Shown here: positions 19,178 through 29,808 of the stretch, one piece after another
How the letters are laid out: every line of letters begins with the position of its first letter
Position numbering within the stretch: the stretch's first letter is position 1
Source: an uncultured Clostridium sp.
GTDB lineage: Bacteria > Bacillota > Clostridia > Lachnospirales > Lachnospiraceae
Length of the DNA stretch: 64,000 nucleotides
Direction: 5' to 3'
Assembly: GCA_964484055.1 (NCBI GenBank)
Contig: CAZAEC010000011.1
Location: 2,107 to 66,106, forward strand
Notes under the pieces: generated by a model
The model's input: only the letters and a program-made list of their open reading frames with translations
What the model was told of the DNA's origin: nothing
Databases searched by the model: none
Position numbers and translations under genes: made by a program

Positions 19178-20218
19178 TTACTGATTGATCGCATCTCCGC
19201 GTTCTTTTACCATTCGATATCCTACTTTTTCGATCAATCGACCTAAAATTTCTAAGGACTCTGCAGCTTCACCGCCTGTGCTGACCTTGTTATCATAAAG
19301 ATCATATTTTTTTCGATTATCTGTTGGAGAAAGATTCGGCATCACAACATTTGCTCCTGCTTTTAGTCCCTTCTCACGACCATCTTCGCTTGCTGTTGCA
19401 AGTGCTGTTGTTGCTGGAAGCAGTACTTTCGGAAGTATAATTCGAATAATTGAAAGCAAAAATACTGTCAGCTCAACACTTCCAGCCGCTTCCTCTGCAA
19501 ATTTTGTATCATGGTGTGGAATAAATGGACCTATACCAACCATCTGTGGTTCAAATTCTTTCAAAAACACTAAATCTTCTGCAAGATTTTCCAATGTCTG
19601 CGTTGGAGATCCCACCATAAATCCTGCGCCCACCTGATACCCAAGACTTTTCAAATCCTGAAGACATTTCATACGATTTTTAAGACTTAGATTGGATGGG
19701 TGAAGATATCCATACAACTGTTCATTTGCCGTCTCGTGACGAAGCAGGTAACGATCCGCTCCGGCTTCTTTTAAAATTTTATAACTTTCGTAACTTCTTT
19801 CACCGATCGACAGTGTCACTGCACAATCCGGATATTTCTGTTTGATCTCTCTTACGATATCCGCCATCAATTCGTCCGTATAATGCAGATCTTCTCCCCC
19901 TTGAAGCACAAACGTACGGAATCCAAGTTCATAACCATTCTCGCAACAAGACAAAATTTCTTCTTTACTTAAGCGATAACGCATCGCATTCTTATTACCG
20001 CCACGTATTCCACAATAATAACAATTGTTCTTACAATAATTTGTAAACTCGATCAAGCCTCGGATAAATACTTTCTCTCCATAATTTTCTTTACGAAGAC
20101 GTACTGCTTCTTGTGCAAGTCGCTCTGCCACTTCTTTGTTGTCATACTGCTTCAAAAGTTCTACATATTCCTCTTTTGTAAGCTCCTGCTGACGGATCAG
20201 CTTTTCTGCAAGTTCCAT
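19178..20218 (-). CDS. hydE: [FeFe]-hydrogenase maturase HydE (radical SAM)
   Basis: IRGLIEFTNYCKNNCYYCG (CX3CX2C), VLQGGED, YLLRHETA, GIGPFIPH, GANVVMPNLSP. Confidence 0.88.
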   Translation of the reverse strand: MELAEKLIRQQELTKEEYVELLKQYDNKEVAERLAQEAVRLRKENYGEKVFIRGLIEFTNYCKNNCYYCGIRGGNKNAMRYRLSKEEILSCCENGYELGFRTFVLQGGEDLHYTDELMADIVREIKQKYPDCAVTLSIGERSYESYKILKEAGADRYLLRHETANEQLYGYLHPSNLSLKNRMKCLQDLKSLGYQVGAGFMVGSPTQTLENLAEDLVFLKEFEPQMVGIGPFIPHHDTKFAEEAAGSVELTVFLLSIIRIILPKVLLPATTALATASEDGREKGLKAGANVVMPNLSPTDNRKKYDLYDNKVSTGGEAAESLEILGRLIEKVGYRMVKERGDAINQ

Positions 20219-20221
20219 AGA

Positions 20222-21070
20222 CTAACCCCTTTCATCGTAATCATCAAGAAAATTATATACCATCTCATCTTTATGATATCCAATCACTGTATTCAAATTG
20301 ATATCATGAACACTTCGGAAAATATTTTTGTCGATCAGATCACTTTCCTCTCGGAAATGTGCGATCAAGTTCTTCATTTCATCACGTTTTGATGCCTGTT
20401 CGCTGTGCTGATCTGCACACATTTCTGTAAATCGGCACGCACACTGGATAAATCGAAGATCATTATAATTGCTCCATGCAATGATATCTGCCTCTTTGAT
20501 CATATAAAGTGGACGGATCAATTCCATTCCCTCAAAATTCTGACTGTGAAGCTTTGGCATCATTGTCTCAATCTTACCACTATAAAACATTCCCATAAGA
20601 ATCGTTTCGATCATATCATCAAAATGATGTCCAAGTGCGATTTTATTGCATCCCAATGCTTTTGCATGAGAATACAAATATCCTCTTCTCATTCTCGCAC
20701 AAAGATAACATGGGCTCTTCTCAATATCCTCTACAACATTAAAAATATCTGTTTCAAATACTGTGAGTGGAATTCCAAGGATCTTTGCATTTTTCTGGAT
20801 CAATTCCCAGTTTTCTTCGTTATACCCCGGATTCATCACGAGGAAAACAATCTCAAATGGGAACTTCCCATGTCGTTTTAATTCTTGAAATAATTTCGCC
20901 ATCAACATCGAGTCTTTTCCACCAGAAATACAGACTGCAATCTTATCCCCTGGTTTTACAAGTTCATATTCATTAATAGCTTTTGTAAATTTTCTCCAGA
21001 TTGACTTGCGGAATTTTTTTATGATGCTCCGCTCAATCTCCTTTGTTCGTTCTTCTGAAATATAATCCAT
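20222..21070 (-). CDS. TtcA-like PP-loop ATPase (tRNA 2-thiocytidine biosynthesis family)
   Basis: SGGKDS PP-loop, PCYLCARMRRG CXXC, IALGHHFDD, IRPL; GGAGGT RBS before ATG 21070. Confidence 0.85.
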   Translation of the reverse strand: MDYISEERTKEIERSIIKKFRKSIWRKFTKAINEYELVKPGDKIAVCISGGKDSMLMAKLFQELKRHGKFPFEIVFLVMNPGYNEENWELIQKNAKILGIPLTVFETDIFNVVEDIEKSPCYLCARMRRGYLYSHAKALGCNKIALGHHFDDMIETILMGMFYSGKIETMMPKLHSQNFEGMELIRPLYMIKEADIIAWSNYNDLRFIQCACRFTEMCADQHSEQASKRDEMKNLIAHFREESDLIDKNIFRSVHDINLNTVIGYHKDEMVYNFLDDYDERG

Positions 21071-21175
21071 AATACCTCCAGATATGTAAAAGATGTGTTT
21101 CCCCATCTTCTCAGTATATTCAGCAACAAAGGCAGGAAGAAACCATGCGGTATTCTTTCCTGCCTTAATAATCTC

Positions 21176-23263
21176 TTATTCAGCTACATCACGCATGCTG
21201 AAACTGAATCTGCCCATTTTATCTTTTCCAAGACAAACAACTTTGACTACATCGCCAATGCTGAGGACATCTTCTACTTTATTTACTCTTTCTTTGGAAA
21301 TCTTAGAAATGTGTACCATTCCTTCTTTTCCTGGTGCAAATTCAACAAATGCACCGAATTCTTTAATGCTTGTTACAGTTCCTTCAAAAATCTGTCCAGC
21401 TTCGAATTCTGTTACGATTGTAGCGATCATCTTCGCAGCTTTGTTCATCATCTCTGCTTCTGTTCCACAGATAGAAACTGCACCTTCATCTGTAATATCA
21501 ATCTTAACGCCTGTCTGATCGATGATCGCGTTGATTGTCTTACCTCTCTGGCCAACAACATCACCAATCTTCTGTGGATCGATCTGCATCTGAATGATCT
21601 TAGGTGCAAATTCACCAACTTCTGGACGTGCTTCAGCGATTGCTTTGCTCATAACTTCATCTAAGATATAAGTTCTAGCCTGTTTTGTTCTTGCAATTGC
21701 TTCTTCGATGATTGGTCTTGTAAGTCCGTGGATCTTAATATCCATCTGGATTGCTGTGATACCTTTGTGTGTACCAGCTACTTTAAAGTCCATATCTCCA
21801 AAGAAATCTTCCAGTCCCTGAATATCTGTAAGTACAAGATAATCTTCATCTGTTTCTCCTGTTACAAGACCACAAGAGATACCTGCTACTGGTGCTTTGA
21901 TTGGTACACCAGCACTCATAAGTGACATACTTGATGCACAGATACTTGCCTGAGATGTAGAACCATTAGATTCAAATGTCTCAGATACTGTACGGATTGC
22001 ATATGGGAACTCAGCTTCTGTTGGAAGTACTGGAACCAATGCTCTTTCAGCAAGTGCACCATGACCAATTTCACGACGTCCTGGTCCTCTAGATGGTTTT
22101 GTCTCACCTACAGAATAAGATGGGAAATTATAGTGGTGCATATATCTCTTAGATGTCTCTGATTCATCAAGACCATCCAATCTCTGTGCTTCTGAAAGTG
22201 GAGCAAGAGTTGTAACAGTACAAATCTGTGTCTGTCCACGAGTAAACATAGCAGAACCATGTACTCTAGGAATCAGATCAACTTCTGCTGCAAGTGGACG
22301 GATCTGATCGATCGCACGACCATCTGGACGTTTGTGATCTTTCAAGATCATCTTTCTTACTGTCTTCTTCTGGTACTGATATACTGCTTCGCCAAGAAGT
22401 TCTAACCATTCTTCATTATCAGCAAATGCTTCTGTCAGTTTTTCTTTTACTGCTTTGATGTTTTCTTCTCTTACCTGTTTTTCATCTGTGAAAACAGCTT
22501 CTTCCATCTCTGCTGGTGGTACGATCTCTTTGATCGCTTCAAACAATTCTTCTGGAATTGCACAGCTTGCATATTCATGTTTTGGTTTGCCGCATTCAGC
22601 AACGATTGTATCTACAAACTGGATCACTGTCTGGTTCACTTCGTGAGCAGCAAAGATCGCATCGATCATCTGTGCTTCTGGTACTTCATTCGCACCAGCT
22701 TCGATCATGATTACTTTTTCTCTTGTAGATGCAACTGTAAGAGCGAGGTCAGAAACTTCCTTCTGAGCTGCTGTTGGGTTGAATACGAATTCTCCATCAA
22801 CAAGACCAACCTGTGTTGTAGAGATTGGACCATCAAATGGAATATCAGAAATGCTTACTGCAATTGCAGCACCAAGCATAGCTGTAAGTTCAGGACTGCA
22901 ATCCTGATCTACAGACATAACAAGGTTTTCCAATGTTACATCATTTCTATAATCTTTTGGGAAAAGTGGACGCATTGGACGGTCGATTACGCGGTCTGTA
23001 AGAACTGCGTTCTCAGATGCTTTTCCTTCTCTTTTATTAAATCCTCCAGGAATCTTACCTACTGCGTACATTCTTTCATTATATTCTACGCTGAGTGGGA
23101 AGAAATCGATTCCATCTCTAGGCTTGTCAGATGCTGTTGCACAGCAAAGAACAGTTGTATCACCATAATGCATGAGTACTGCACCATTTGCCTGTTTTGC
23201 AACACGACCAACATCAACACGAAGAGGTCTGCCTGCAAGCTCCATCTCAAATGTCTTATACAT
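21176..23263 (-). CDS. pnp: Polyribonucleotide nucleotidyltransferase (PNPase)
   Basis: FFPLSVEY, RVHGSAMFTRGQTQ, RREIGHGALAERAL, ESNGSTSQAS, GDMDFKVAG; KH and S1 domains. Confidence 0.98.
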   Translation of the reverse strand: MYKTFEMELAGRPLRVDVGRVAKQANGAVLMHYGDTTVLCCATASDKPRDGIDFFPLSVEYNERMYAVGKIPGGFNKREGKASENAVLTDRVIDRPMRPLFPKDYRNDVTLENLVMSVDQDCSPELTAMLGAAIAVSISDIPFDGPISTTQVGLVDGEFVFNPTAAQKEVSDLALTVASTREKVIMIEAGANEVPEAQMIDAIFAAHEVNQTVIQFVDTIVAECGKPKHEYASCAIPEELFEAIKEIVPPAEMEEAVFTDEKQVREENIKAVKEKLTEAFADNEEWLELLGEAVYQYQKKTVRKMILKDHKRPDGRAIDQIRPLAAEVDLIPRVHGSAMFTRGQTQICTVTTLAPLSEAQRLDGLDESETSKRYMHHYNFPSYSVGETKPSRGPGRREIGHGALAERALVPVLPTEAEFPYAIRTVSETFESNGSTSQASICASSMSLMSAGVPIKAPVAGISCGLVTGETDEDYLVLTDIQGLEDFFGDMDFKVAGTHKGITAIQMDIKIHGLTRPIIEEAIARTKQARTYILDEVMSKAIAEARPEVGEFAPKIIQMQIDPQKIGDVVGQRGKTINAIIDQTGVKIDITDEGAVSICGTEAEMMNKAAKMIATIVTEFEAGQIFEGTVTSIKEFGAFVEFAPGKEGMVHISKISKERVNKVEDVLSIGDVVKVVCLGKDKMGRFSFSMRDVAE

Positions 23264-23308
23264 AGTATTCTCCTTTAATTTTCAAAAACGCTTTTCATAG
23301 TTATTTTG

Positions 23309-23391
23309 GAACACAAGACTCCGAAACTACTGAAAAATCCACCGCTATGCGATGCACTTTTCAGTGGTCTCGGCATTACTTCCTTGTGCTC
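23309..23391 (-). promoter_or_regulatory. Long imperfect hairpin in the pnp 5' leader (candidate RNase III site)
   Basis: Nested inverted repeats GAGCACAAG/CTTGTGTTC and CCGAGACCACTGAAAA/TTTTCAGTAGTTTCGG. Confidence 0.55.
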
Positions 23392-23473
23392 ACATACTAA
23401 ATCAGTATATCATACAGAATTTCCAAACGCAACCAAAATATTATTCTGCATTTAAAATCATATCCTCCACATA

Positions 23474-23513
23474 CAAAAAGAAGCTTCGTTCCACCACTGT
23501 GGAACAAAGCTTC
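23474..23513 (-). terminator. Terminator after rpsO
   Basis: GAAGCTTTGTTCCAC-agtg-GTGGAACGAAGCTTC followed by TTTTT. Confidence 0.85.
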
Positions 23514-23526
23514 ATTCATTTCATAA

Positions 23527-23793
23527 TTATTTTCTCAGACCAAGTCTTTCGATAAGTGAACGATATCTTTCGATGTCAACTTTTTTAAGGTATGCAAGAA
23601 GACCTCTTCTCTGACCTACCATTTTAAGAAGACCTCTTCTTGAGTGGTGATCCTTTGGATTAGCTTTGAAGTGATCTGTAAGATCGTTGATTCTTGCTGT
23701 AAGGAGAGCTACCTGTACTTCTGGTGAACCTGTATCTCCTTCGCTTCTTCCATATTCTGCAATAATAGCCTGTTTCATTTCGCTTGTAATCAT
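23527..23793 (-). CDS. rpsO: 30S ribosomal protein S15
   Basis: [18 protein letters not shown]...[23 protein letters not shown]. Confidence 0.98.
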   Translation of the reverse strand: MITSEMKQAIIAEYGRSEGDTGSPEVQVALLTARINDLTDHFKANPKDHHSRRGLLKMVGQRRGLLAYLKKVDIERYRSLIERLGLRK

Positions 23794-23805
23794 TGTTTTT
23801 TCCTC

Positions 23806-23888
23806 CTAATAAATCTCTTAAATAATCGCCAAGTATTAAGTAACGGTTGGAGTATCCAATTACCGAACACCGGCTTGACTCAACTTGT
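23806..23888 (-). promoter_or_regulatory. Structured rpsO leader (probable S15 autoregulatory element)
   Basis: Follows TTTACA-17-TATATT promoter; pairings GTCAAG/CTTGGC, GTGTT/AATAC, CGG..TTGGA/TCCAACCG. Confidence 0.5.
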
Positions 23889-23994
23889 TCAATATAACAC
23901 AAGAGTCTCATTCTGTAAAGTATAAATTTTTATTTTTTATGATTTTTTTACTTGACCTTTTTATATAATTCTAATACATAAAAGCTCTAGTGGA

Positions 23995-24906
23995 TCATTT
24001 CAATCCACCAGAGCAATTATTTGCAACATAGCTGCGTCCATACAATATATCCGCATCTACTCTATTTTTTAATTCTTCGATCGAACCGAACTTCATCTCC
24101 GGTCGTACAAATTCAAGAAATTCAACGGTAACTTCTTTTCCGTATGCATTTCCTTCATAATCGAAAACAAAAACTTCTACCAACACTTTTGAACTATCAT
24201 CAACCGTTGGTTTTACACCTACATTTCCAATTCCGTAATACCAGTTTCCATCTACTTCTATCCTGCATACATATACACCAAAGCGTGGCATAATCTTTTT
24301 TTCTTCTGGGACAACATTCATAGTCGGAAAACCAAGTGTTCTTCCAAGCTTTCTTCCATGCTCTACAAATCCTGTCATCTGGTAAGGATACCCAAAAAGT
24401 GCGTTTGCAAGACCAATCTTGCCTTCTTTCATTACTTCTTTTATGTACGTACTACTGATCACAGCACCGTTATATGTCTCTTTTTCGATCACATCCACTT
24501 GATACCCATAGATCGGAGCATATTCTTTGAGCATTTCTGCTGAACCACGTTTATTGTGACCAAACATAAAATCTGTTCCAACAACAATATATGCCGCATG
24601 TAATGTTTCGATCAAAATCTTACGAATAAATTCTTCCGCTTCCATTTCACGAAGTTCTTTTGTAAATGGACAGTCGATCAAATAATCTACAACTCCATCC
24701 AAATGCTTTTCTCGTTCGCTTTTTGTCATCAATGAGTCTTTGCTCATATCAAATGCACACACAACGCTACAGACATCTTCCGATGCGTACTCACGGATCT
24801 TTTTAATCAATTTCTGATGTCCTTTATGAAGTCCGTCAAATTTCCCAAGCGTTACTGCTGCTTTTTTCTTATTTTTATATGCTTCAAACCCTGATAACTC
24901 TTTCAT
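23995..24906 (-). CDS. ribF: Bifunctional riboflavin kinase / FAD synthetase
   Basis: GKFDGLHKGHQ, VGTDFMFG, ISSTYI, GRTLGFPTMN, NVGVKPTV. Confidence 0.96.
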   Translation of the reverse strand: MKELSGFEAYKNKKKAAVTLGKFDGLHKGHQKLIKKIREYASEDVCSVVCAFDMSKDSLMTKSEREKHLDGVVDYLIDCPFTKELREMEAEEFIRKILIETLHAAYIVVGTDFMFGHNKRGSAEMLKEYAPIYGYQVDVIEKETYNGAVISSTYIKEVMKEGKIGLANALFGYPYQMTGFVEHGRKLGRTLGFPTMNVVPEEKKIMPRFGVYVCRIEVDGNWYYGIGNVGVKPTVDDSSKVLVEVFVFDYEGNAYGKEVTVEFLEFVRPEMKFGSIEELKNRVDADILYGRSYVANNCSGGLK

Positions 24907-24927
24907 ATTCTTCCTCTAAATTGTTTC

Positions 24928-25827
24928 TTACAGAAACATTTTTTCTATAGAAAATCTTTTTTCTTCCACCTGGTAACGATAGATTCCTACGAATTGATGC
25001 TTCGTATCGTATACCCTTACCTGTTCTTTTTCTGAAAAATTCAGATGTTCGCCGAGATATTTTTCCGCAAATGGATTTCCATTGTAAATAAGTCTCTCCT
25101 GCACTGGATCGATCGTAATTTCTTTCAACGAAGAAAACATCTCATCAATTGGAATCAATACAGAATCTAACTTCCCCTCTTGCTGCAAGGCATCGATCTC
25201 AGAAAGTCGCAAGCTATCTTTCAACTCAAAACGACTTACTTTTGTTCTAAGAAGTGCTTCCATACAGCCACCACAGCCAAGTGTGTTTCCAATATCATGA
25301 CACAACGTACGGATATAAGTTCCTTTTGAACAATGTACTTGCATGCGCACTCTAGGAAGGTCGATCTCAAGGATCTCAATCTCAAAAATTGTAATCTTAC
25401 GTGCTTTTCTCTCAACCTCAATTCCTTCTCTTGCAAGTTCATACAGTTTTTTCCCATTCACTTTTAAAGCTGAATACATCGGCGGAATCTGCTCTTGTTC
25501 TCCAACAAACTTCTGAATACACGCTCTCACCTGTTCTTCTGTAAGATCTTTCGTTTCTCCTTCTTCAAGAATTGTACCTGTGATGTCCTGTGTATCTGTT
25601 GTCTTTCCAAGTAAAAGTACCGCTTCATACACCTTACTTTTATCTGTCAGCATATCACAAAGTTTTGTTGCTTTCCCAAGACACACAGGAAGTACGCCCT
25701 CCGCATCCGGATCGAGCGTACCTGTATGTCCGATTTTTTTCTGTTTTACAATTCCACGAAGTTTTGCAACAACATCATGCGATGTGAATCCTTTTTCTTT
25801 ATAAATATTCAATACACCATTGATCAT
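24928..25827 (-). CDS. truB: tRNA pseudouridine(55) synthase
   Basis: KIGHTGTLDPDAEGVL, QIPPMYSALK, CSKGTYIRTL. Confidence 0.97.
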   Translation of the reverse strand: MINGVLNIYKEKGFTSHDVVAKLRGIVKQKKIGHTGTLDPDAEGVLPVCLGKATKLCDMLTDKSKVYEAVLLLGKTTDTQDITGTILEEGETKDLTEEQVRACIQKFVGEQEQIPPMYSALKVNGKKLYELAREGIEVERKARKITIFEIEILEIDLPRVRMQVHCSKGTYIRTLCHDIGNTLGCGGCMEALLRTKVSRFELKDSLRLSEIDALQQEGKLDSVLIPIDEMFSSLKEITIDPVQERLIYNGNPFAEKYLGEHLNFSEKEQVRVYDTKHQFVGIYRYQVEEKRFSIEKMFL

Positions 25828-26801
25828 GCTGTTTCTCCATTTCCTTCCAACTGCAATGAAACCTGTTCCGTAATACGATTCACCACATCATATGCGGTTC
25901 CTCGCATTGTAACACCTGCCGCACGTACATGTCCGCCGCCGCCAAATCGCTGTGCGATCTGGCTAACATTGACTTTTCCTTTTGAACGAAGACTAACTTT
26001 ATAAGTGTTTGCTTCCAATTCATATAAAAAGACTGCTACTTCTGTACCTTTTGTTTCTCTTAAAACACTGACAATTCCATCAAGATCACTTGGTTTTGCT
26101 CCAAAAAAGTCCAAATCCTTCTGACTGATCCAAGAAACAATACATTTCTCATCAAGCATCAAAAAGCTTTCAAGAAGTGCTTTCCCTAAAATCTGTGTCT
26201 GCACGTAACTCTTTTCATAGTAAGTTTTGTCAATAATCTCGTTGCCATCAATTCCTTTTCTGAGAAGATCTGCTGCTGCTTCCATTGTCTCAGGCGCTGT
26301 ACAAGAGTACTGAAAAACACCGGTATCATGCGCAATTCCCATATACAGAGCTTCTGCACATTCTTTACTGATCTTATCTGTATCAAGCAGATTATAGACA
26401 AGTTCTGATGTAGAACTTGCTTCTGGCACAATGTAATTTTTTTCTGCAAATGCATGATTGCTGATATGATGATCAATACATGCTGTGTGTACAGCATTTT
26501 CAAATAAGACACCTGAAAATCCTAAGCGATCTACATCACCACAATCCAAGCAGATAAACAGATCGTATTTCTTTGGTTCAGCCACTTCATTCTTGATCAT
26601 TTCCGTTTTATGGATCATTTCAAAACAATCTGCAATTGGTTCCAAATACACATCTACGCATATTTCTGGAAAATGTTCTATTAAATACAAATAGAGCCCC
26701 ATACAAGAGCCCACGCAGTCGCCGTCTGGACGGATATGTCCGCCCAGCGCCACTGTTTTATTTCCTTCCAGAATTTCAGACAATTTAAAATTCATCTTCA
26801 T
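25824..26801 (-). CDS. nrnA: DHH/DHHA1 phosphoesterase (NrnA-like)
   Basis: HIRPDGDC, IDHH, GIAHDTG, GGGGHVRAAG. Confidence 0.9.
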   Translation of the reverse strand: MKMNFKLSEILEGNKTVALGGHIRPDGDCVGSCMGLYLYLIEHFPEICVDVYLEPIADCFEMIHKTEMIKNEVAEPKKYDLFICLDCGDVDRLGFSGVLFENAVHTACIDHHISNHAFAEKNYIVPEASSTSELVYNLLDTDKISKECAEALYMGIAHDTGVFQYSCTAPETMEAAADLLRKGIDGNEIIDKTYYEKSYVQTQILGKALLESFLMLDEKCIVSWISQKDLDFFGAKPSDLDGIVSVLRETKGTEVAVFLYELEANTYKVSLRSKGKVNVSQIAQRFGGGGHVRAAGVTMRGTAYDVVNRITEQVSLQLEGNGETA

Positions 26802-27165
26802 CCCTGTCTTTCAAATCTTTTGTCACTTCATCGATCATATGGCTCATATTTACACCATATTCAATAGACTGATCCAGAACAAATGTAAGCTCTGGTGTAT
26901 TTCTCATGTTCAGTTTTCTTGCAAGCTCACGGCGGATAAATCCTGCTGCACTATTCAGACCTTTTAATGTATCTGCCTGTGATGCTTCGTCACCGAGCAC
27001 GCTGATATAAACTTTACTTGTTTTTAAGTCAGGTGCAACTTCTACAGCAACAACAGAAGTCATTGGATTGACTCTTGGATCTTTGATGCCGCCGCGCAGT
27101 ATATTACTGAGCTCACGCTGTACTTCAGCATTTACTCTTGTATTTTTAATACTATTTTTTCTCAT
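26785..27165 (-). CDS. rbfA: Ribosome-binding factor A
   Basis: IKDPRV, VEVAPDLK..KVYIS, MRNTPELTFVLDQSIEYG. Confidence 0.97.
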   Translation of the reverse strand: MRKNSIKNTRVNAEVQRELSNILRGGIKDPRVNPMTSVVAVEVAPDLKTSKVYISVLGDEASQADTLKGLNSAAGFIRRELARKLNMRNTPELTFVLDQSIEYGVNMSHMIDEVTKDLKDRDEDEF

Positions 27166-27174
27166 AACTGCCTG

Positions 27175-29790
27175 TTACTTCCTTTCTACTTCTACCATCT
27201 TGTATGCTTCTACAAGGTCGCCTTCCTGAATATCGTTATGATTTTCAAATACGAAACCACATTCATATCCTGCTCTTACTTCTTTCACGTCATCTTTGAA
27301 ACGCTTCAGAGATGCAAGAGGACCATCGAAGATTACGATACCGTCACGTGTCAAACGAACAGAACATCCTCTTTCGAAGATACCATCCTGAACATAAGAA
27401 CCTGCAATCGTACCAACACCAGATGCTTTGAATGTCTGGCGTACTTCTGCATGACCAAGTACTTTTTCTTCGAATACTGGATCGAGCATTCCCTTCATAG
27501 CAGCTTCTACATCTTCGATCGCACTGTAGATTACTCGATATAATCTCAAGTCTACGCCTTCACGCTCTGCAATATCTTTTGCAGTTGCATCTGGACGAAC
27601 GTTAAATCCGATAATGATCGCATTGGATGCAGATGCAAGGTTTACGTCAGATTCGTTGATTGCACCAACACCAGCATGGATAACTTTGATCACAACTTCT
27701 TCGTTAGAAAGTTTCAAAAGACTCTGTTTCATAGCCTCTACAGAACCCTGTACGTCTGCTTTTACGATCAGTTTCAGTTCTTTCAAGTTACCTTCCTGAA
27801 TCTGGTTAAACAGATCATCCAGAGACATCTTAGATTTTGTTTCTTCAAGCATTTTCACTCTGTTCTGTGCAATAAATGTTTCTGCAAAGCTTCTTGCATC
27901 TTTTTCATTCTTGCAGCCTACGAATACTTCACCTGCGTTTGGAACATCATTCAATCCAAGGATCTCTACTGGCTGAGAAGGACCTGCTTCTTTTACACGA
28001 CGACCCTTATCATCCATCATCGCTCTTACACGACCATGAGCTGAACCTGCTGCGATCGCATCTCCAACGTGAAGTACACCTTTCTGTACAAGTACTGTTG
28101 CAACAGAACCTTTTCCTTTATCCAACTGTGCTTCGATAACAAGACCTCTTGCTGTACGGTTTGGATTAGCTTTGAGTTCCATTACTTCTGCTGTCAGAAG
28201 TACCATTTCCAGAAGTTCCTGAACACCTTCTCCTGTTTTTGCAGAAACAGGTACGAAAATTGTGCTTCCACCCCAATCTTCAGCGATCAGTTCATATTCT
28301 GTAAGTTCCTGTTTTACACGTTCGATATTTGCACTTGGTTTATCAATCTTATTTACTGCTACAATGATCTCAATTCCTGCTGCTTTTGCATGGTTGATCG
28401 CTTCTACAGTCTGTGGCATAACACCATCATCTGCAGCAACAACAAGGATAGCGATATCTGTTGAGCTTGCACCACGCATACGCATAGCTGTAAATGCTTC
28501 ATGACCTGGAGTATCAAGGAAAGTAATAGACTCTCCGTTAATCTCTACTACAGATGCACCGATATGCTGTGTGATACCACCAGCCTCACGACTGATCACA
28601 CTTGTGTGACGGATTGCATCAAGAAGAGATGTTTTACCGTGGTCAACGTGACCCATTACACATACTACAGGTGGACGTTTTACCATCTGGCTTTCATCTT
28701 CTTCATCTTCTTTCAGAAGTTCTTCAATTACGTCTACAACTACTTCTTTTTCACAGAGAACATCAAATTCCATTGCGATTTCTTCTGCAGTTTCATAATC
28801 AATCTCCTGATTTACTGTTACGATCTTGCCCTGCATGAATAATTTTTTAATGATCACAGACGGTGCAATCTTCATTGCATCTGCAAGTTCCTGAATTGTT
28901 AATGTTTCAGGAATTGTGATCTGGTTTACTTCTTCCACAACTGGTTCTGGTTTTGACTGTGGTTTCTGTGGCTTTTTAGCAGGTTCCGTGATCTGTTTCT
29001 GTTTTCTGCCTTTTTTGCCTTTATTTTCAAATTCCTGATCACGAAGTTCTTTCTTCTTGTTATCTTTTTCTTTATCTTTTGATTTATTTCTCTGAGATTT
29101 CTGCTGTTCTACCAATGGTGTTGGGATAGAATCTCTGTCATCTCTTCTGTTATTCTGTCTTCCCTGAGAACGCTGTCCATTACCACGTTCATTGTTATAG
29201 GAATCTTTATCTCCACCGAATTTTCCACCACGATCATTTCTATCAAACTTGTTATCTCTGCGATCGTTGCGGTCAAATTTATTATCTCTATGGTCATTTC
29301 TTGGACCTCTGCCTTCCTGACCATTATTGTTCTGGAAACGTCCTTCCTGATTGTTATTCTGGAAACGTCCTCCTCTGTTATTTCTTGGACCTCTACCTTC
29401 CTGACCATTATTGTTCTGGAAACGCTGTCCCTGTGGACGACCCTGACGTGTCTGTTCCTGACCATTTCTATTTTCCTGTGGTCTCGTATTTCTTGGAGCT
29501 TCTGAAGCTGCTCCATTCTGTGCTGGACGCTGTCCCTGTGGACGTGTACTCTGTGGTCTTGACTGTCCTGCTGGACGCTGTCCCTGTGAACGACCACCCT
29601 GGCCGTTCTGACGGCTATTACCGCCCTGTGGACGGTTTACATTTTTCGCATTCTGTGGGCGTACCACACGAACGATATTTTTTTTCTTTGGTGCAGCATT
29701 GTCTGCTTTTTCTTCTGCAGCAATCTCGGCAGCTTTACCTGCAGCAGATTTGCCAAATTCATTGTCTTCCTGTACTCTCATTTCTGTCAT
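27175..29790 (-). CDS. infB: Translation initiation factor IF-2
   Basis: [39 protein letters not shown]; AAAGGAGG RBS before ATG 29790. Confidence 0.98.
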   Translation of the reverse strand: MTEMRVQEDNEFGKSAAGKAAEIAAEEKADNAAPKKKNIVRVVRPQNAKNVNRPQGGNSRQNGQGGRSQGQRPAGQSRPQSTRPQGQRPAQNGAASEAPRNTRPQENRNGQEQTRQGRPQGQRFQNNNGQEGRGPRNNRGGRFQNNNQEGRFQNNNGQEGRGPRNDHRDNKFDRNDRRDNKFDRNDRGGKFGGDKDSYNNERGNGQRSQGRQNNRRDDRDSIPTPLVEQQKSQRNKSKDKEKDNKKKELRDQEFENKGKKGRKQKQITEPAKKPQKPQSKPEPVVEEVNQITIPETLTIQELADAMKIAPSVIIKKLFMQGKIVTVNQEIDYETAEEIAMEFDVLCEKEVVVDVIEELLKEDEEDESQMVKRPPVVCVMGHVDHGKTSLLDAIRHTSVISREAGGITQHIGASVVEINGESITFLDTPGHEAFTAMRMRGASSTDIAILVVAADDGVMPQTVEAINHAKAAGIEIIVAVNKIDKPSANIERVKQELTEYELIAEDWGGSTIFVPVSAKTGEGVQELLEMVLLTAEVMELKANPNRTARGLVIEAQLDKGKGSVATVLVQKGVLHVGDAIAAGSAHGRVRAMMDDKGRRVKEAGPSQPVEILGLNDVPNAGEVFVGCKNEKDARSFAETFIAQNRVKMLEETKSKMSLDDLFNQIQEGNLKELKLIVKADVQGSVEAMKQSLLKLSNEEVVIKVIHAGVGAINESDVNLASASNAIIIGFNVRPDATAKDIAEREGVDLRLYRVIYSAIEDVEAAMKGMLDPVFEEKVLGHAEVRQTFKASGVGTIAGSYVQDGIFERGCSVRLTRDGIVIFDGPLASLKRFKDDVKEVRAGYECGFVFENHNDIQEGDLVEAYKMVEVERK
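29232..29640 (-). repeat. Low-complexity internal repeats in the IF-2 N-terminal region (Q/R/N/G-rich)
   Basis: 45-bp direct repeat at 29296-29340 and 29380-29424 (one mismatch; [15 protein letters not shown] x2); RDNKFDRND x2; several PQGQR units. Confidence 0.85.
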
Positions 29791-29808
29791 ATATACTTAC
29801 TGCCTCCT

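Noticed and set aside
29232-29640. CRISPR-like repeats
   Set aside because: The repeats are in frame within infB, irregular, lack unique spacers, and no cas genes are present.
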